A stretch of DNA of 64,000 bases. It comes from Nibricoccus sp. GTDB taxonomy: Bacteria; Verrucomicrobiota; Verrucomicrobiia; Opitutales; Opitutaceae. The notes beneath the pieces are model-generated. The model was not told the origin of the DNA. It saw nothing but the letters and a program-made list of their open reading frames with translations, and searched no databases. The DNA lies in NCBI GenBank assembly GCA_047602425.1, contig JASGHG010000001.1, positions 3,104,001 through 3,168,000 on the forward strand, given 5' to 3'. The translations under genes were made by a program, and so were the position numbers. Below, piece by piece: positions 1 to 9,846 of this stretch. How positions within the stretch are numbered: position 1 is the stretch's first letter; each line of letters opens with the position of its first letter.

Positions 1-2
1 TC

Positions 3-650
3 GTTTGCCCGCCGTTTACCTCGTTGGAAACGGTTAGCAAAGTGGTCGACGGTTCCTCCGTGAAACTCGGTGCGCAGAACGTGCACCCTGAAGCCAGCGG
101 CGCCTACACGGGCGAAGTTTCGGCTCCGATGCTGCGCGCGCTCTTCGCCACGCACGTCATTCTCGGCCACAGCGAACGTCGCGCCTACTTCGGCGAGACC
201 GATGCCTTCATCAACAAGAAGGTGCTCGCTGCGATCAAAAACCAGCTCAAGCCCATCCTTTGCGTGGGCGAAACCCTCGCCGAGCGCGAAGGCGGCACGA
301 CCTTGAAGGTCGTCGAAACCCAGCTGGTCGGCGGTCTCGCCGGCGTGAGCAAGGACGATGCGGCCAGCGTCGTCATCGCCTACGAACCCGTTTGGGCCAT
401 CGGCACTGGCAAAGTCGCTACGACCGCGCAGGCGCAAGAAGTGCACGCTTTCATCCGTTCGCTGCTCGTCAAACTCTTTGGTGATCAGATCGCGCAGAAA
501 GTTCGCATTCTCTACGGCGGTTCGATGAAACCGCAAAACGCTCCCGAACTGCTCGCCCAAAAGGATATCGATGGCGGCTTGATCGGTGGCGCGGCTCTTG
601 AAACTCGCAGCTTCGTCGACCTCGTGAAGGCGGCGATCGCGGCCAAGTAA
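3..650 (+). CDS. tpiA: Triosephosphate isomerase (5' end outside window)
   Basis: Motifs GAQN, GAYTGEVS, ILGHSERR, AYEPVWAIGTG, LYGGS and DGGLIGGA. The frame is open to the window edge (VCPPFTSL). Confidence 0.98.
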   Translation, partial: VCPPFTSLETVSKVVDGSSVKLGAQNVHPEASGAYTGEVSAPMLRALFATHVILGHSERRAYFGETDAFINKKVLAAIKNQLKPILCVGETLAEREGGTTLKVVETQLVGGLAGVSKDDAASVVIAYEPVWAIGTGKVATTAQAQEVHAFIRSLLVKLFGDQIAQKVRILYGGSMKPQNAPELLAQKDIDGGLIGGAALETRSFVDLVKAAIAAK

Positions 651-675
651 ACCCGGCGAAAACGTTTTCAATCCC

Positions 676-710
676 AGCGCGGACCGGCCCATGTCGGTCC
701 GCGCTTTTTT
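676..710 (+). terminator. Rho-independent terminator after tpiA
   Basis: AGCGCGGACCGG / TCGGTCCGCGCT stem followed by a T-run. Confidence 0.9.
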
Positions 711-748
711 GTGCCTGAAGACAAAACCCTCAAACGGCGGAAATTTTG

Positions 749-858
749 GCCACAAAAGTCGCAAAATTTATTTTGGCTCCGTCAATATCTCCATTGCGCC
801 TATAGGCGCGCAGTCGCGTGACGGCGAAGTCAGCGGCCAATTTTGTGCTTTTTGTGCC
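749..858. repeat. Intergenic inverted-repeat element (MITE/REP-like)
   Basis: Arms GCCACAAAAGTCGCAAAATT (749-768) and AATTTTGTGCTTTTTGTGCC (839-858) are complementary at 16/20 positions. A perfect palindrome GCGCCTATAGGCGC lies at the centre (796-809). Confidence 0.6.
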
Positions 859-981
859 TAACCTTCCGATGGCCTCGTTCCCATATCATCGCGCCGTCGC
901 TTTGTGAAACGCGTTTGAAATCAGTTTCCGCCACGCTTCTTTCTTTATTTCGTTGGTCAATGGAACTTTCCTGAACGGCGC

Positions 982-2883
982 ATGGCCAAGGCCCGCCCCA
1001 AATTCATGTTGTCCGCCGCCATTGGCGAATGGCTTGTGGCGATCCTGCTCGCCGCGAATCTGGCTTGGACGACGTTGTGTCTCGGTGGCTATCGGCCGGA
1101 AACCATGGCGCTCAGCTGGCCCCTGACGGCGATGGCTTTGGCGGTACAACTTGGTTTTTCCGCGTGGCAGGGACGGCGTCCGCACATTGCGGGCTTATGC
1201 CTGCTGCCCTTTCTCGGCTACGCGGCGTTCAACGTTGCCGCTGTATCGCCCGTGCCCTGGCTGGGGTGGCGCGATTGGTTGGGCTGGGCGCAAATGATCG
1301 CCGTTTTTTGGATGGTGATCAACGGACTCACGCGGCTCGGCCCGCGGCGCTTGGTTCTCTCGACACTGATCGGATTGGGCGCGATTTCCGTGCTGATGGC
1401 GGCGTATCAGCGTTTCGTCGCACCCGACTGGCTCATGCTCGGTCGCACGCAGGCGGAGCAATTTTTCGGTCGGGCGAGCGGACCTTTTGGTATTCCTAAT
1501 TCATTAGCTGCATTTCTGCTGCTACTGATTCCGCCGATGTTGTCGCTCGCTTGGCAGCGCGGCTTGACGACGGTGGAACGTGTTTTTTGGGGCTACCTCG
1601 CCGCGGTTTTTCTGTTGGGCCTGGGGTTAACGATCAGTCGAGGCGCGTGGCTTTCACTCGTGCTCGCGGTGATCGCGTGGCCTTTTTTTTCGCGAAGCTT
1701 GAATTTGCAGAGCCGTTTCATCTTGGCGGCCACGGCTTTTGCCGGTGCCTTATTGGTTGGCTTGGTGCTGTACAATTCGGTTCCGCAGGTGAAACGCCGC
1801 CTCGACGCGATGGTGGCCGATGCTGGCGAACGAAGCCGTCCGATCCTCTGGCAGGCCAGCGTGGATCTTTTCGTGGATGCTCCGGTTCTCGGCACCGGCG
1901 GCGGGAGTTACAATACACTGTTCGAACGACACCGTCCCTTGGGTTTTCGAGATGAGCCCCAATGGGCGCATAACGACTATTTGAATACGCTCAGCGACTA
2001 CGGGGCGGTTGGCTTCGTGCTGTTTTTTGGAGCCGTAGGTGTGGTTGCGGTGCTCGCCTTGCGGGAACGCGGTCGCCGCTCGGCGGTCGAAACGCGATCG
2101 CTGACGGGCTTGGAGGCGGACAGCATGACGACGGCACTGGCGGTGGGGTTGCTGGGTTTTGCGTTGTCGTTGTTTGTCGATTTCCATTTCAAAATCCCCG
2201 GACTCGCCATGGCGGTGGCTTTTGTGGCTGGCGAACTGGTTTTGCGAATTTGGCCCGCGTCACCACAACCAATTGCCAGCATTCAATTGCGCGTGGGCCA
2301 ACTCGCGGGGTCCTTGGGAGTGGTTTTGTTCGCATTGGGAATTGTCCTGCCCATCTACAGGGCGGAGGCGGCGCGTTATGCGGGGCGGCAGTCAATCGAT
2401 CGAATCGCCCAGAATCTGAACCCTGTGTTAAACGAGTATCGCGAGACGTTGAACGCGGCGACCGTGGCATTTTCCGACGCCACGCGGCTGGCTCCGAGCA
2501 ACGCCCAAGCTTGGGCTGACCGTGCGTATGTCACTGAGCTGTGGAGTCATGTGGCACCAGCGCGTATGAACGAATTGGGAAAAGAGGCAGAGGGTTACGC
2601 GCGGGAAGCCTTGGAGCGGTCCTTGGACGTGGCTGAATTTTGGATACGACGGGGTGTTGCACTTGATATGCAAGGGCGCTCGGCGGAGGCGGGAGAGGCC
2701 TTCCAAAAAGCCGTGAATTTAGGACGTTTTAATGCAATAAATTGGTATTATCTTGCTTATCATCAAAGTCTTATCGCTATACCTAAAGAAGAGGTAATAA
2801 TTAGTATTGAAAATTGTTTGCGTCTTGACCCTGCCCACCGTGCGGCCATAGCTTTAGCCCAACGAATAAAAGCCGATAAATAA
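982..2883 (+). CDS. O-antigen ligase (Wzy_C) family membrane protein with C-terminal TPRs
   Basis: Multiple TM helices; motifs GPFGIPNSLA, SRGAW, R..LW and AHNDYL; TPR-like helical tail. Confidence 0.85.
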   Translation: MAKARPKFMLSAAIGEWLVAILLAANLAWTTLCLGGYRPETMALSWPLTAMALAVQLGFSAWQGRRPHIAGLCLLPFLGYAAFNVAAVSPVPWLGWRDWLGWAQMIAVFWMVINGLTRLGPRRLVLSTLIGLGAISVLMAAYQRFVAPDWLMLGRTQAEQFFGRASGPFGIPNSLAAFLLLLIPPMLSLAWQRGLTTVERVFWGYLAAVFLLGLGLTISRGAWLSLVLAVIAWPFFSRSLNLQSRFILAATAFAGALLVGLVLYNSVPQVKRRLDAMVADAGERSRPILWQASVDLFVDAPVLGTGGGSYNTLFERHRPLGFRDEPQWAHNDYLNTLSDYGAVGFVLFFGAVGVVAVLALRERGRRSAVETRSLTGLEADSMTTALAVGLLGFALSLFVDFHFKIPGLAMAVAFVAGELVLRIWPASPQPIASIQLRVGQLAGSLGVVLFALGIVLPIYRAEAARYAGRQSIDRIAQNLNPVLNEYRETLNAATVAFSDATRLAPSNAQAWADRAYVTELWSHVAPARMNELGKEAEGYAREALERSLDVAEFWIRRGVALDMQGRSAEAGEAFQKAVNLGRFNAINWYYLAYHQSLIAIPKEEVIISIENCLRLDPAHRAAIALAQRIKADK

Positions 2884-2894
2884 AACCTCACGTC

Positions 2895-3845
2895 ATGTCC
2901 CGAATTTTACAGCCCCGTCTTTGGATTGCCGCCCTGCTGTTCATCGTGCCCTTCATGATGAGCGCGCAGCAAGCCACCAAAGTCGTCGGCCGGATCATTG
3001 CGGTGAAAGTCATGGGAACTGTGACGGTCACCGATGTTCGTGATCCGATGCGTCCGCACAAATTGGTGGAACGCGGCGAAGTGACCGAAAACCAGATTGT
3101 GAACACGGGCGACGACTCGCGCGTTTTGCTGGTTTTCTCCAACGGTGCGACGGTCAGCCTTGGGCCGAAGTCCCGGCTTTCGATCGAAGAATTTTTGCAG
3201 GACCCGTTTACCCAGCCAGTGAAAGTGAGCGAACTTATTGATGAGCCGACTACTTCGAGCACGAAACTAAACCTGATCCGTGGTGAGTTGATTTCGAACG
3301 TCAAACATCTGCGTCGCGACAAGGGTTCGTCCTTTAGCGTCGAAACGCCGGTGGGCGCCGCAGGTATTCGTGGCACGACTTTCCAGATTGTCTATCGTCC
3401 GACCGGCAACACGGCTTCTTACGCACTGCGCATGGTCGAAGGCAAAATCGCTTTGGACTTTGGTGGCCGCGCTCGCGGCGTCGACGTCGTGAAAGACCAA
3501 CAGGTCGTGCTCGACGGCGTACAGCTTGACGCGTCGGGCCGTGTAGTTTCCCTGCCGGCCAATATCAAGACCACGGACATTCCCGAATCTCTCAAGGCCT
3601 CGTTGGGCGCCGCCGCCCAGTCGCTCATGGACGCCGCTTCCACGATTAATTTCCAAGCCATGAAACCGGCCGAGAACCCGCAGCAGGCTTATCCGCAGTC
3701 GGGTGGTTCGGGTACGGAAGGTGGAGCCAGCCCGGATTCCACCACGCCCAACGGCACGAATTCCAGTTACTATTCGCCGCTTTCCCCCGTGCCCCCGGCC
3801 ATGCCGCCGGCTCCGCGCACGACGCCGGGCGATGGCCGCATTTGA
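2895..3845 (+). CDS. Secreted FecR-domain protein with Pro/Ser-rich tail
   Basis: Signal peptide; TGDDSRVLLVFSNG and VETPVGAAGIRGT motifs. Confidence 0.8.
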   Translation: MSRILQPRLWIAALLFIVPFMMSAQQATKVVGRIIAVKVMGTVTVTDVRDPMRPHKLVERGEVTENQIVNTGDDSRVLLVFSNGATVSLGPKSRLSIEEFLQDPFTQPVKVSELIDEPTTSSTKLNLIRGELISNVKHLRRDKGSSFSVETPVGAAGIRGTTFQIVYRPTGNTASYALRMVEGKIALDFGGRARGVDVVKDQQVVLDGVQLDASGRVVSLPANIKTTDIPESLKASLGAAAQSLMDAASTINFQAMKPAENPQQAYPQSGGSGTEGGASPDSTTPNGTNSSYYSPLSPVPPAMPPAPRTTPGDGRI

Positions 3846-3937
3846 GCGTTGTCTGCGTCGCTGCTCATTCGCTGTTAAAGCCGCATTTGCCAACTCCGGG
3901 CTGGAAGTGTAACCACTGGTCCCCTACATAATCGGGC

Positions 3938-6175
3938 GTGGCGAAACCCACCAAGAAGCCCCTCGTTGTCCGCTTGATCCGCTGGTTGTTCTGGCTGCCG
4001 ATCCCCGTGCTCTGGTGCCTCGCCGGACATCTTGGCTGGCTGGATTTTTTCGAACACAAGACGATCGATTGGCGGTTCCGTTCGCGCGGCGAACTCGATG
4101 CGCCGGTCAAAATCGTGTACGTCGACATCGATACCGAGGCGATCCAGCAATATCGCTGGCCGTGGAACAACGCGCGGTTTGGCCAGTTGCTCGATGCGCT
4201 CTTCGACGAAGGCAAGGTGAAGGCAGTCGGCATCGATCTGGTCTTTTCGCAAAACAGCCTGCCGGAATTTGGGCGTGAGGAATTGGTTCAGGGGCGGCTG
4301 GAATTCGGCAAAGCCGTCCGTCGGCATCGCAACGTCGTATTGGCGGCGAACTATGTGCCCGGGCCGGGTTTGATGCAGGAGCGGCGGCAGTTTCCGTTTG
4401 TCTTCGACGGTTTTACCGACCCGCAAAAAAACGACGTGCCCGAATTGCCCGCGTTTCCGATTATCGGCGCCGACAAGAATGGCACCTGGGGGATGCCGGG
4501 CATCATCGACACCTATCTTGGCGAAACGCGTTCCGCGCCATTTTTCGCCGACACGCCGGTGGGAACTTTTTATCCCTTTGCCCTGCGATTGGCGCTTATC
4601 CACTGGGGATTGGGTGAGGAGGCAATCAAGCGTTTCCCCGATCGCATGGAAGTGTGGCGCCCGGACGGCAATCATGTCACGACCATCCCGCTCCTCCGCG
4701 GTCAGCTGGCCGAGGTGAATTGGTTTTCGCAGTGGATTTCGCCAAAAAATCCGCGCTGCAGCGTCGCGAGCATCGGCGATTACCTCACGCAAATCCACAG
4801 CGACGATCCGGCAAAACAACAGCGCGGACGGGAGTTTTTTGCGCAGTTCAACGACGCCATTGTGCTCGTGGGGCCGGTCGACGTGTTGTTACAGGATTTG
4901 AACAAGACCTCGTTTGACGAGGTACCCGTGCCGCAGGTCGGTTTTCATGGCAACATGCTCAAGACGCTCGTCACCAGTCGCTACCTCACGCACTTGAGTC
5001 CGCGAACGGAGGATGGAGTCACGATCCTGCTGGCCGTGGTGATCTGTCTTTTGGCGACGGCAGGTGGTTCGAGCAGTGCGCGTTACAAGATCTTCGCGGT
5101 GCTGCTCATGGCAGTTTTTGTGGTGACGGCGTTTTTTCTCTTTTCGCACTATCACCTGGTTCTGCCGATCACCGCGCCGCTGGGCGGGGCGTTTACCATG
5201 AGTTTTGCCGCCATCGCGTGGCAGCTGACCTACGAGGAAAAACAAAAAAGCCGCATCAAAGGCATGTTCGGTGCGTACGTTTCCCCGGAACTCGTCAATC
5301 GTATGGTTGAATCGGGCGACGACCCCAAGCTGGGCGGCGCGGAAATGGAAATCACGTCGTTTTTCAGCGACATCCAGGATTTCTCGGCCTTTGCCGAACT
5401 ACTTACGCCGCCTAAACTCGTCGAACTGATGAACGAGTATCTCACGGTTTGCACCGACACGATCACCGAGCAGGGCGGCACGCTGGATAAATATATCGGG
5501 GACGCCGTTGTCGCGATGTTTGGCGCGCCCCTGGCTTTGCCCGATCACGCTTATCGCGCCTGCGTGGCATCGCAACTGATCCAACTGCGCCTTGCCGAAT
5601 TGCGCGGCAAATGGTCGGAGGAAGGCGATAAATGGCCGCAACTCGTCACGCAGATGCACACGCGCATCGGCATGAACAGCGGCATGTGCGTGGTGGGCAA
5701 CATGGGTTCGCTGACGCGTTTCAACTACACGATGATGGGCGACAACGTGAATCTCGCCGCGCGTCTCGAAGGCGCCGCAAAAAATTATGGTGTGGGCACA
5801 TTGGTTACGGAAATGACGAAGCAGGCGGCCGAGAAACATGGCGACCGTTGCGTGTTTCGCTTTCTCGACAAGATTCTGGTCAAGGGACGATCGCGGCCGG
5901 TAGCGATTTTCGAATTGGTCGGTCTCAAGGACAAGCTGCCGAAGGCGACGCTCGATTGCGTCAATATTTTCAACGCCGGAATCGAACATTACCTCAAACA
6001 GGAATGGACAATTGCGGCGAACCACTTTGCCAAATCGGCGACGCTCGAACCGGCGCGCCCTTCGGTTGTCACGGGCAACGAAGCATCCACGGTTTTTCTC
6101 AAGCGCTGCGCTGCCATGATGCAGAATCCGCCCGGAAAAGATTGGGATGGCGTCTTCGTGTTGAAGACGAAATGA
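3938..6175 (+). CDS. CHASE2-domain class III adenylate cyclase
   Basis: CHASE2 motifs (YVDID, RWPW, GIDLVF), 3 TMs, and cyclase motifs FSDIQDFS, DKYIGDA and MGDNVNLAARLE. Confidence 0.92.
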   Translation: MAKPTKKPLVVRLIRWLFWLPIPVLWCLAGHLGWLDFFEHKTIDWRFRSRGELDAPVKIVYVDIDTEAIQQYRWPWNNARFGQLLDALFDEGKVKAVGIDLVFSQNSLPEFGREELVQGRLEFGKAVRRHRNVVLAANYVPGPGLMQERRQFPFVFDGFTDPQKNDVPELPAFPIIGADKNGTWGMPGIIDTYLGETRSAPFFADTPVGTFYPFALRLALIHWGLGEEAIKRFPDRMEVWRPDGNHVTTIPLLRGQLAEVNWFSQWISPKNPRCSVASIGDYLTQIHSDDPAKQQRGREFFAQFNDAIVLVGPVDVLLQDLNKTSFDEVPVPQVGFHGNMLKTLVTSRYLTHLSPRTEDGVTILLAVVICLLATAGGSSSARYKIFAVLLMAVFVVTAFFLFSHYHLVLPITAPLGGAFTMSFAAIAWQLTYEEKQKSRIKGMFGAYVSPELVNRMVESGDDPKLGGAEMEITSFFSDIQDFSAFAELLTPPKLVELMNEYLTVCTDTITEQGGTLDKYIGDAVVAMFGAPLALPDHAYRACVASQLIQLRLAELRGKWSEEGDKWPQLVTQMHTRIGMNSGMCVVGNMGSLTRFNYTMMGDNVNLAARLEGAAKNYGVGTLVTEMTKQAAEKHGDRCVFRFLDKILVKGRSRPVAIFELVGLKDKLPKATLDCVNIFNAGIEHYLKQEWTIAANHFAKSATLEPARPSVVTGNEASTVFLKRCAAMMQNPPGKDWDGVFVLKTK

Positions 6176-6191
6176 CCGCGCGCGAGAATTT

Positions 6192-7025
6192 TTAGCGGAT
6201 TAGATTTTCGTCGGACGGAACGACGCAGCGGTAGCCCTCATGATCGAACCGGGCAAGCAGCTTGGAAATGAATTCGTTTTGCTGGTCCAGCTTGTTAGGC
6301 GTCTCGTGCACCAAAACGATGGCGCCGGGTTTGAGCCGGCTGACGATATGAGCGAGCGATTTTTCCGAACTGCTGCAAATCGTATCAAAACCACGGGCGC
6401 TCCAAAGAACGAGGTCGAACCCCCGGCGGCCGAGCTCTGGGTGGAGGAAGTGGTTTTTTAAACCAACGGGCGGACGAAAATATTTTGTGGTGACGCCAAC
6501 CTCGCGCAGCGCGGCGGTACAAGCGTCGATTTCGATGGAGTTTTTCCTGCGGCCAGCGAACCAGAAGGTATTTTGCGGATGTGTTTGCGTGTGGTTGCCA
6601 ATCGTATGGCCGCGTCGCAGAATTTCGGATACAAGTTCCGGGTGCTCCTGAACTTGTCGGCCAACGAGGAAAAAAGTTGCGCGGGCTTGATGCGAGTCGA
6701 GCAGCGCAAGCATGGCGGGGGTCGTCGCCGGATGGGGGCCATCATCGATGGTGAGCCATACTTCCTTTTGTTCAGTCCGAAAATGTGTGATGGCTGGGCC
6801 AAGCCCGCGGGCAGCTGGACGAAGGATTTGCCAGGCATACCACGGGGCGGGCAGGAAAAAGACCGCAAGAGCCCACAGAACGTGGCCCATGGCAAACAGG
6901 ATGACAGCGGCCAGATTGGCGGCGAAAAACAGAATCAGCCAGGCGTGATAACCTTCGATACGGCGCACCCGATCGGAAAACGGGGGCGCAACGGGGGACG
7001 ATTCCGGGCTGGAAAAAGACGGCAT
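6192..7025 (-). CDS. Membrane-anchored polysaccharide deacetylase (CE4/NodB)
   Basis: Motifs TIDDGP, NHTQTH, FRPPVG and LVHE; N-terminal TMs. Confidence 0.9.
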   Translation of the reverse strand: MPSFSSPESSPVAPPFSDRVRRIEGYHAWLILFFAANLAAVILFAMGHVLWALAVFFLPAPWYAWQILRPAARGLGPAITHFRTEQKEVWLTIDDGPHPATTPAMLALLDSHQARATFFLVGRQVQEHPELVSEILRRGHTIGNHTQTHPQNTFWFAGRRKNSIEIDACTAALREVGVTTKYFRPPVGLKNHFLHPELGRRGFDLVLWSARGFDTICSSSEKSLAHIVSRLKPGAIVLVHETPNKLDQQNEFISKLLARFDHEGYRCVVPSDENLIR

Positions 7026-7080
7026 TGCAGAAAAAGCGGATTGAAAAGATAGGAAACTGTTCGTTACCGCAAGCGTGCGG

Positions 7081-7851
7081 TTAGAACTTAAGATGTTTCA
7101 CGGTGAGCCCCTTGTTGATGAGCTGCTTTAGGGAGTCGATGCCGATTTTTAGGTGGGAATTGACGAAGTGCTCATCGACTTGCTGGTCGCTTTCGGCGGT
7201 CTTGATGCCTTCGGGAAGCATCGGTTGATCACTGACGAGAAGAAGGGCGCCGGTGGGAGTTTCGTTAAAAAACCCAGTCATGAAGATGGTTGCGGTTTCC
7301 ATGTCGATCGCGAGTGCCCGGATTTTTTTGAGATACTTTTTGAACTGATTGTCATGTTCCCACACCCGGCGGTTAGTCGTGTAAACGGTGCCGGTCCAAT
7401 AATCGCGTGCGTGGTCGCGAATCGTGGTGGAAATGGCTTTTTGCAGCGCGAACGACGGCAGAGCGGGAACCTCGGGTGGAAAATAGTCGTTGCTCGTGCC
7501 CTCGCCGCGGATGGCTGCGATCGGAAGAATGAGATCGCCGAGTTCGGCACGATGCTTGATGCCGCCGCATTTTCCGAGAAAGAGCACCGCTTTGGGGTGA
7601 ATGGCGCTGAGCAAATCCATGACGGTCGCAGCGGTAGCGCTGCCCATGCCGAAGTTAATGATCGTGATGCGACCCGCAGTGGCGCTCATCATCGGACGGT
7701 CTTTGCCTGCGACCGGCACGCGGTGCCAATGGGCAAAAAGTTTCACGTAGCGGGAGAAGTTGGTTAGCAATATATGATCCCCAAACTTTTTCAGCGGCAC
7801 ACCCGTGTAGCGCGGCAGCCAGTTTGTGACGATCTCTTGACGGGTTTTCAC
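7081..7851 (-). CDS. amn: AMP nucleosidase (short form)
   Basis: Motifs NWLPRYTG, ILLTNF, NFGMGS, RGEGTS, TTNRRVWE and DMETAT. Confidence 0.9.
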   Translation of the reverse strand: MKTRQEIVTNWLPRYTGVPLKKFGDHILLTNFSRYVKLFAHWHRVPVAGKDRPMMSATAGRITIINFGMGSATAATVMDLLSAIHPKAVLFLGKCGGIKHRAELGDLILPIAAIRGEGTSNDYFPPEVPALPSFALQKAISTTIRDHARDYWTGTVYTTNRRVWEHDNQFKKYLKKIRALAIDMETATIFMTGFFNETPTGALLLVSDQPMLPEGIKTAESDQQVDEHFVNSHLKIGIDSLKQLINKGLTVKHLKF

Positions 7852-8043
7852 GGGGAAAGGATCGTCTTATTGGCGAAAAAATTCAATGTTTTGCGTTCAG
7901 TGGGTATTGAGGAAGGGTTAGAATTTAAGCGGCTTTCTGAATTAGTCTCTGGTGATTGGTTTTAACTCGACTTAATCGGTGTGGGCACAGCACACTCTAG
8001 TGTGGTCTGTTTTTTTAAAAAGCCCCGGTTAGGTGCAGTTATT

Positions 8044-8754
8044 ATGATTAAATACCTGTTGCCCCTCGTTATTCTTTTATTCTGTGGAGTCGCCTCTGCG
8101 CAGGACGAGATGATCGTCCTTTCTCCGTTTACGGTTTCGTCCGACAAGGCCAGCACAAAGCCGCCGGTTGTGCTCAGGAAGCGTGCGGACTTTCTTTTGC
8201 TTGAGATTACGTTGGCGAACGACACACGGGAGGAGGAAAGGCGCCGGGATGAGGTTTATGCCACTCTGCATGGGATGGTTACGAGCATCCCTGCAAACTC
8301 GAAGATCGAGCTATTCACGCAGGAGTTTGCCCTTACATCTTCCAATTTTCAGATTCCACTGGTGGATGTGGAAAGCAAACGGGATGCGAGCAATGCTACG
8401 CTCTATGCGAAGGTTCCGCTTGCGGATGGTGATGATGCCGGAATGCTCTCGGAAAAACTGCGGACATTTGTTCGTTCGGTGAAAGTACAAGGGCGCACGG
8501 AAATTTTTACGGGTGATATTGGACTCAGTATAAAAAATCCCGAGAAATACCGATATGAAGTGATTCAAGCTATTGCGGCCGACGTCAGAAAATTACGTGA
8601 GGCTTTTGGCGATACTTTTGAGATTACGGTTAAAGGTCTCGACGCTCGTCTACAGTGGCAGCGCACAAGTATTTCGGATGTCGAGCTGTATCTACCCTTC
8701 AAGTATGAATTGTATCCGGTGCGGTTGCCGAAAGTTCAGCCGATCGAGAAGTGA
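8044..8754 (+). CDS. Secreted hypothetical protein with TonB-box-like N-terminus
   Basis: ATG at 8044; signal peptide ending ASA-Q, then DEMIVLSPFTV. Visibly AT-richer than neighbouring genes. Confidence 0.65.
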   Translation: MIKYLLPLVILLFCGVASAQDEMIVLSPFTVSSDKASTKPPVVLRKRADFLLLEITLANDTREEERRRDEVYATLHGMVTSIPANSKIELFTQEFALTSSNFQIPLVDVESKRDASNATLYAKVPLADGDDAGMLSEKLRTFVRSVKVQGRTEIFTGDIGLSIKNPEKYRYEVIQAIAADVRKLREAFGDTFEITVKGLDARLQWQRTSISDVELYLPFKYELYPVRLPKVQPIEK

Positions 8755-8827
8755 GAAGCTAGGTTCTCAGAGCGACTTTATAGTCTGCACATTCTGCGGT
8801 GCAAATCCGCCACGAATACAAGAGTAC

Positions 8828-9727
8828 TCAAACGCCTGAGAGGGCGTTCTGTGTATTCAGGTGTTCGACGCCGGTGTACTTCTTCGACTGCTCGTCGGCG
8901 TGGTAGCTGGAGCGGACGAGGGCGCCGCTTTCGATCACGCCAATGCCGAGGCCCAGGCCGAACTCTTTCCAATGAACAAATTCCTCCGGTGTGGCCCAGC
9001 GCGCGACTGGCAGGTGTTTGGCGGTGGGCTGGAGATACTGGCCGATGGTGACGATGTCGGTCTTGTCGGCGGCGATATCGCGCAGGGTTTGCTCGATTTC
9101 GTGTTTCTCCTCCCCTAGGCCGAGCATGATGCCGGTCTTGGTGGTGAAACCGCGGCTTTTGGCGTGGCGGAGGACGCTGCGACTGCGGTCGTAACGGGCC
9201 TGGACGCGCACAGGTTTTTGGAGGCGTTCGACTGTCTCTAGATTGTGGTTAAAAATGTCGGGCTTGGCGTCGAGCACGATGTCGACGTGGGCGGTGTTCC
9301 CCTTGAAGTCAGGCGTGAGCACTTCGATCGCGGTGTGCGGATTGCGGTAGCGAATGGCGCGGATCGTCGCAGCCCAGACACTAGCGCCGCCGTCGGTGAG
9401 TTCGTCGCGAGCGACGCTGGTGACGACGCAGTGGCGGAGATTCATTTGCGCAATCGATTCGGCTACGCGGGCTGGTTCGCCAAGATCGAGTTCGGTTGGG
9501 CGTCCGGTGGCGATGGCACAAAAATTACAGGAGCGCGTGCAGATATTGCCCAGAATCATCACGGTGGCGGTGCCGCGGGACCAGCATTCGCCGAGGTTGG
9601 GACATTGCGCGCTTTGGCAGACGGTGTGGAGGTGCTTATTATCCACAAGTTGCCGAACGGCGGCGTAGCCGGAACCGGAGGGCAGTTTGGCACGGAGCCA
9701 GGAAGGTTTGCGCGCGGTGGTTTCCAT
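8828..9727 (-). CDS. lipA: Lipoyl synthase
   Basis: RKPSWL, CQSAQCPNLGEC, radical SAM motif CTRSCNFC, and RSSYHA. Confidence 0.97.
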   Translation of the reverse strand: METTARKPSWLRAKLPSGSGYAAVRQLVDNKHLHTVCQSAQCPNLGECWSRGTATVMILGNICTRSCNFCAIATGRPTELDLGEPARVAESIAQMNLRHCVVTSVARDELTDGGASVWAATIRAIRYRNPHTAIEVLTPDFKGNTAHVDIVLDAKPDIFNHNLETVERLQKPVRVQARYDRSRSVLRHAKSRGFTTKTGIMLGLGEEKHEIEQTLRDIAADKTDIVTIGQYLQPTAKHLPVARWATPEEFVHWKEFGLGLGIGVIESGALVRSSYHADEQSKKYTGVEHLNTQNALSGV

Positions 9728-9846
9728 CGGAAGGACAGGAAATGAGATTTTGACGGCAATGCACACCCTTTTTCACGGATTAAGCGTGGCTGAAGTTGGG
9801 CGTCGCTCCCATTAGCATCGCGCCAATCGAGGCGTGCACTGACTAT

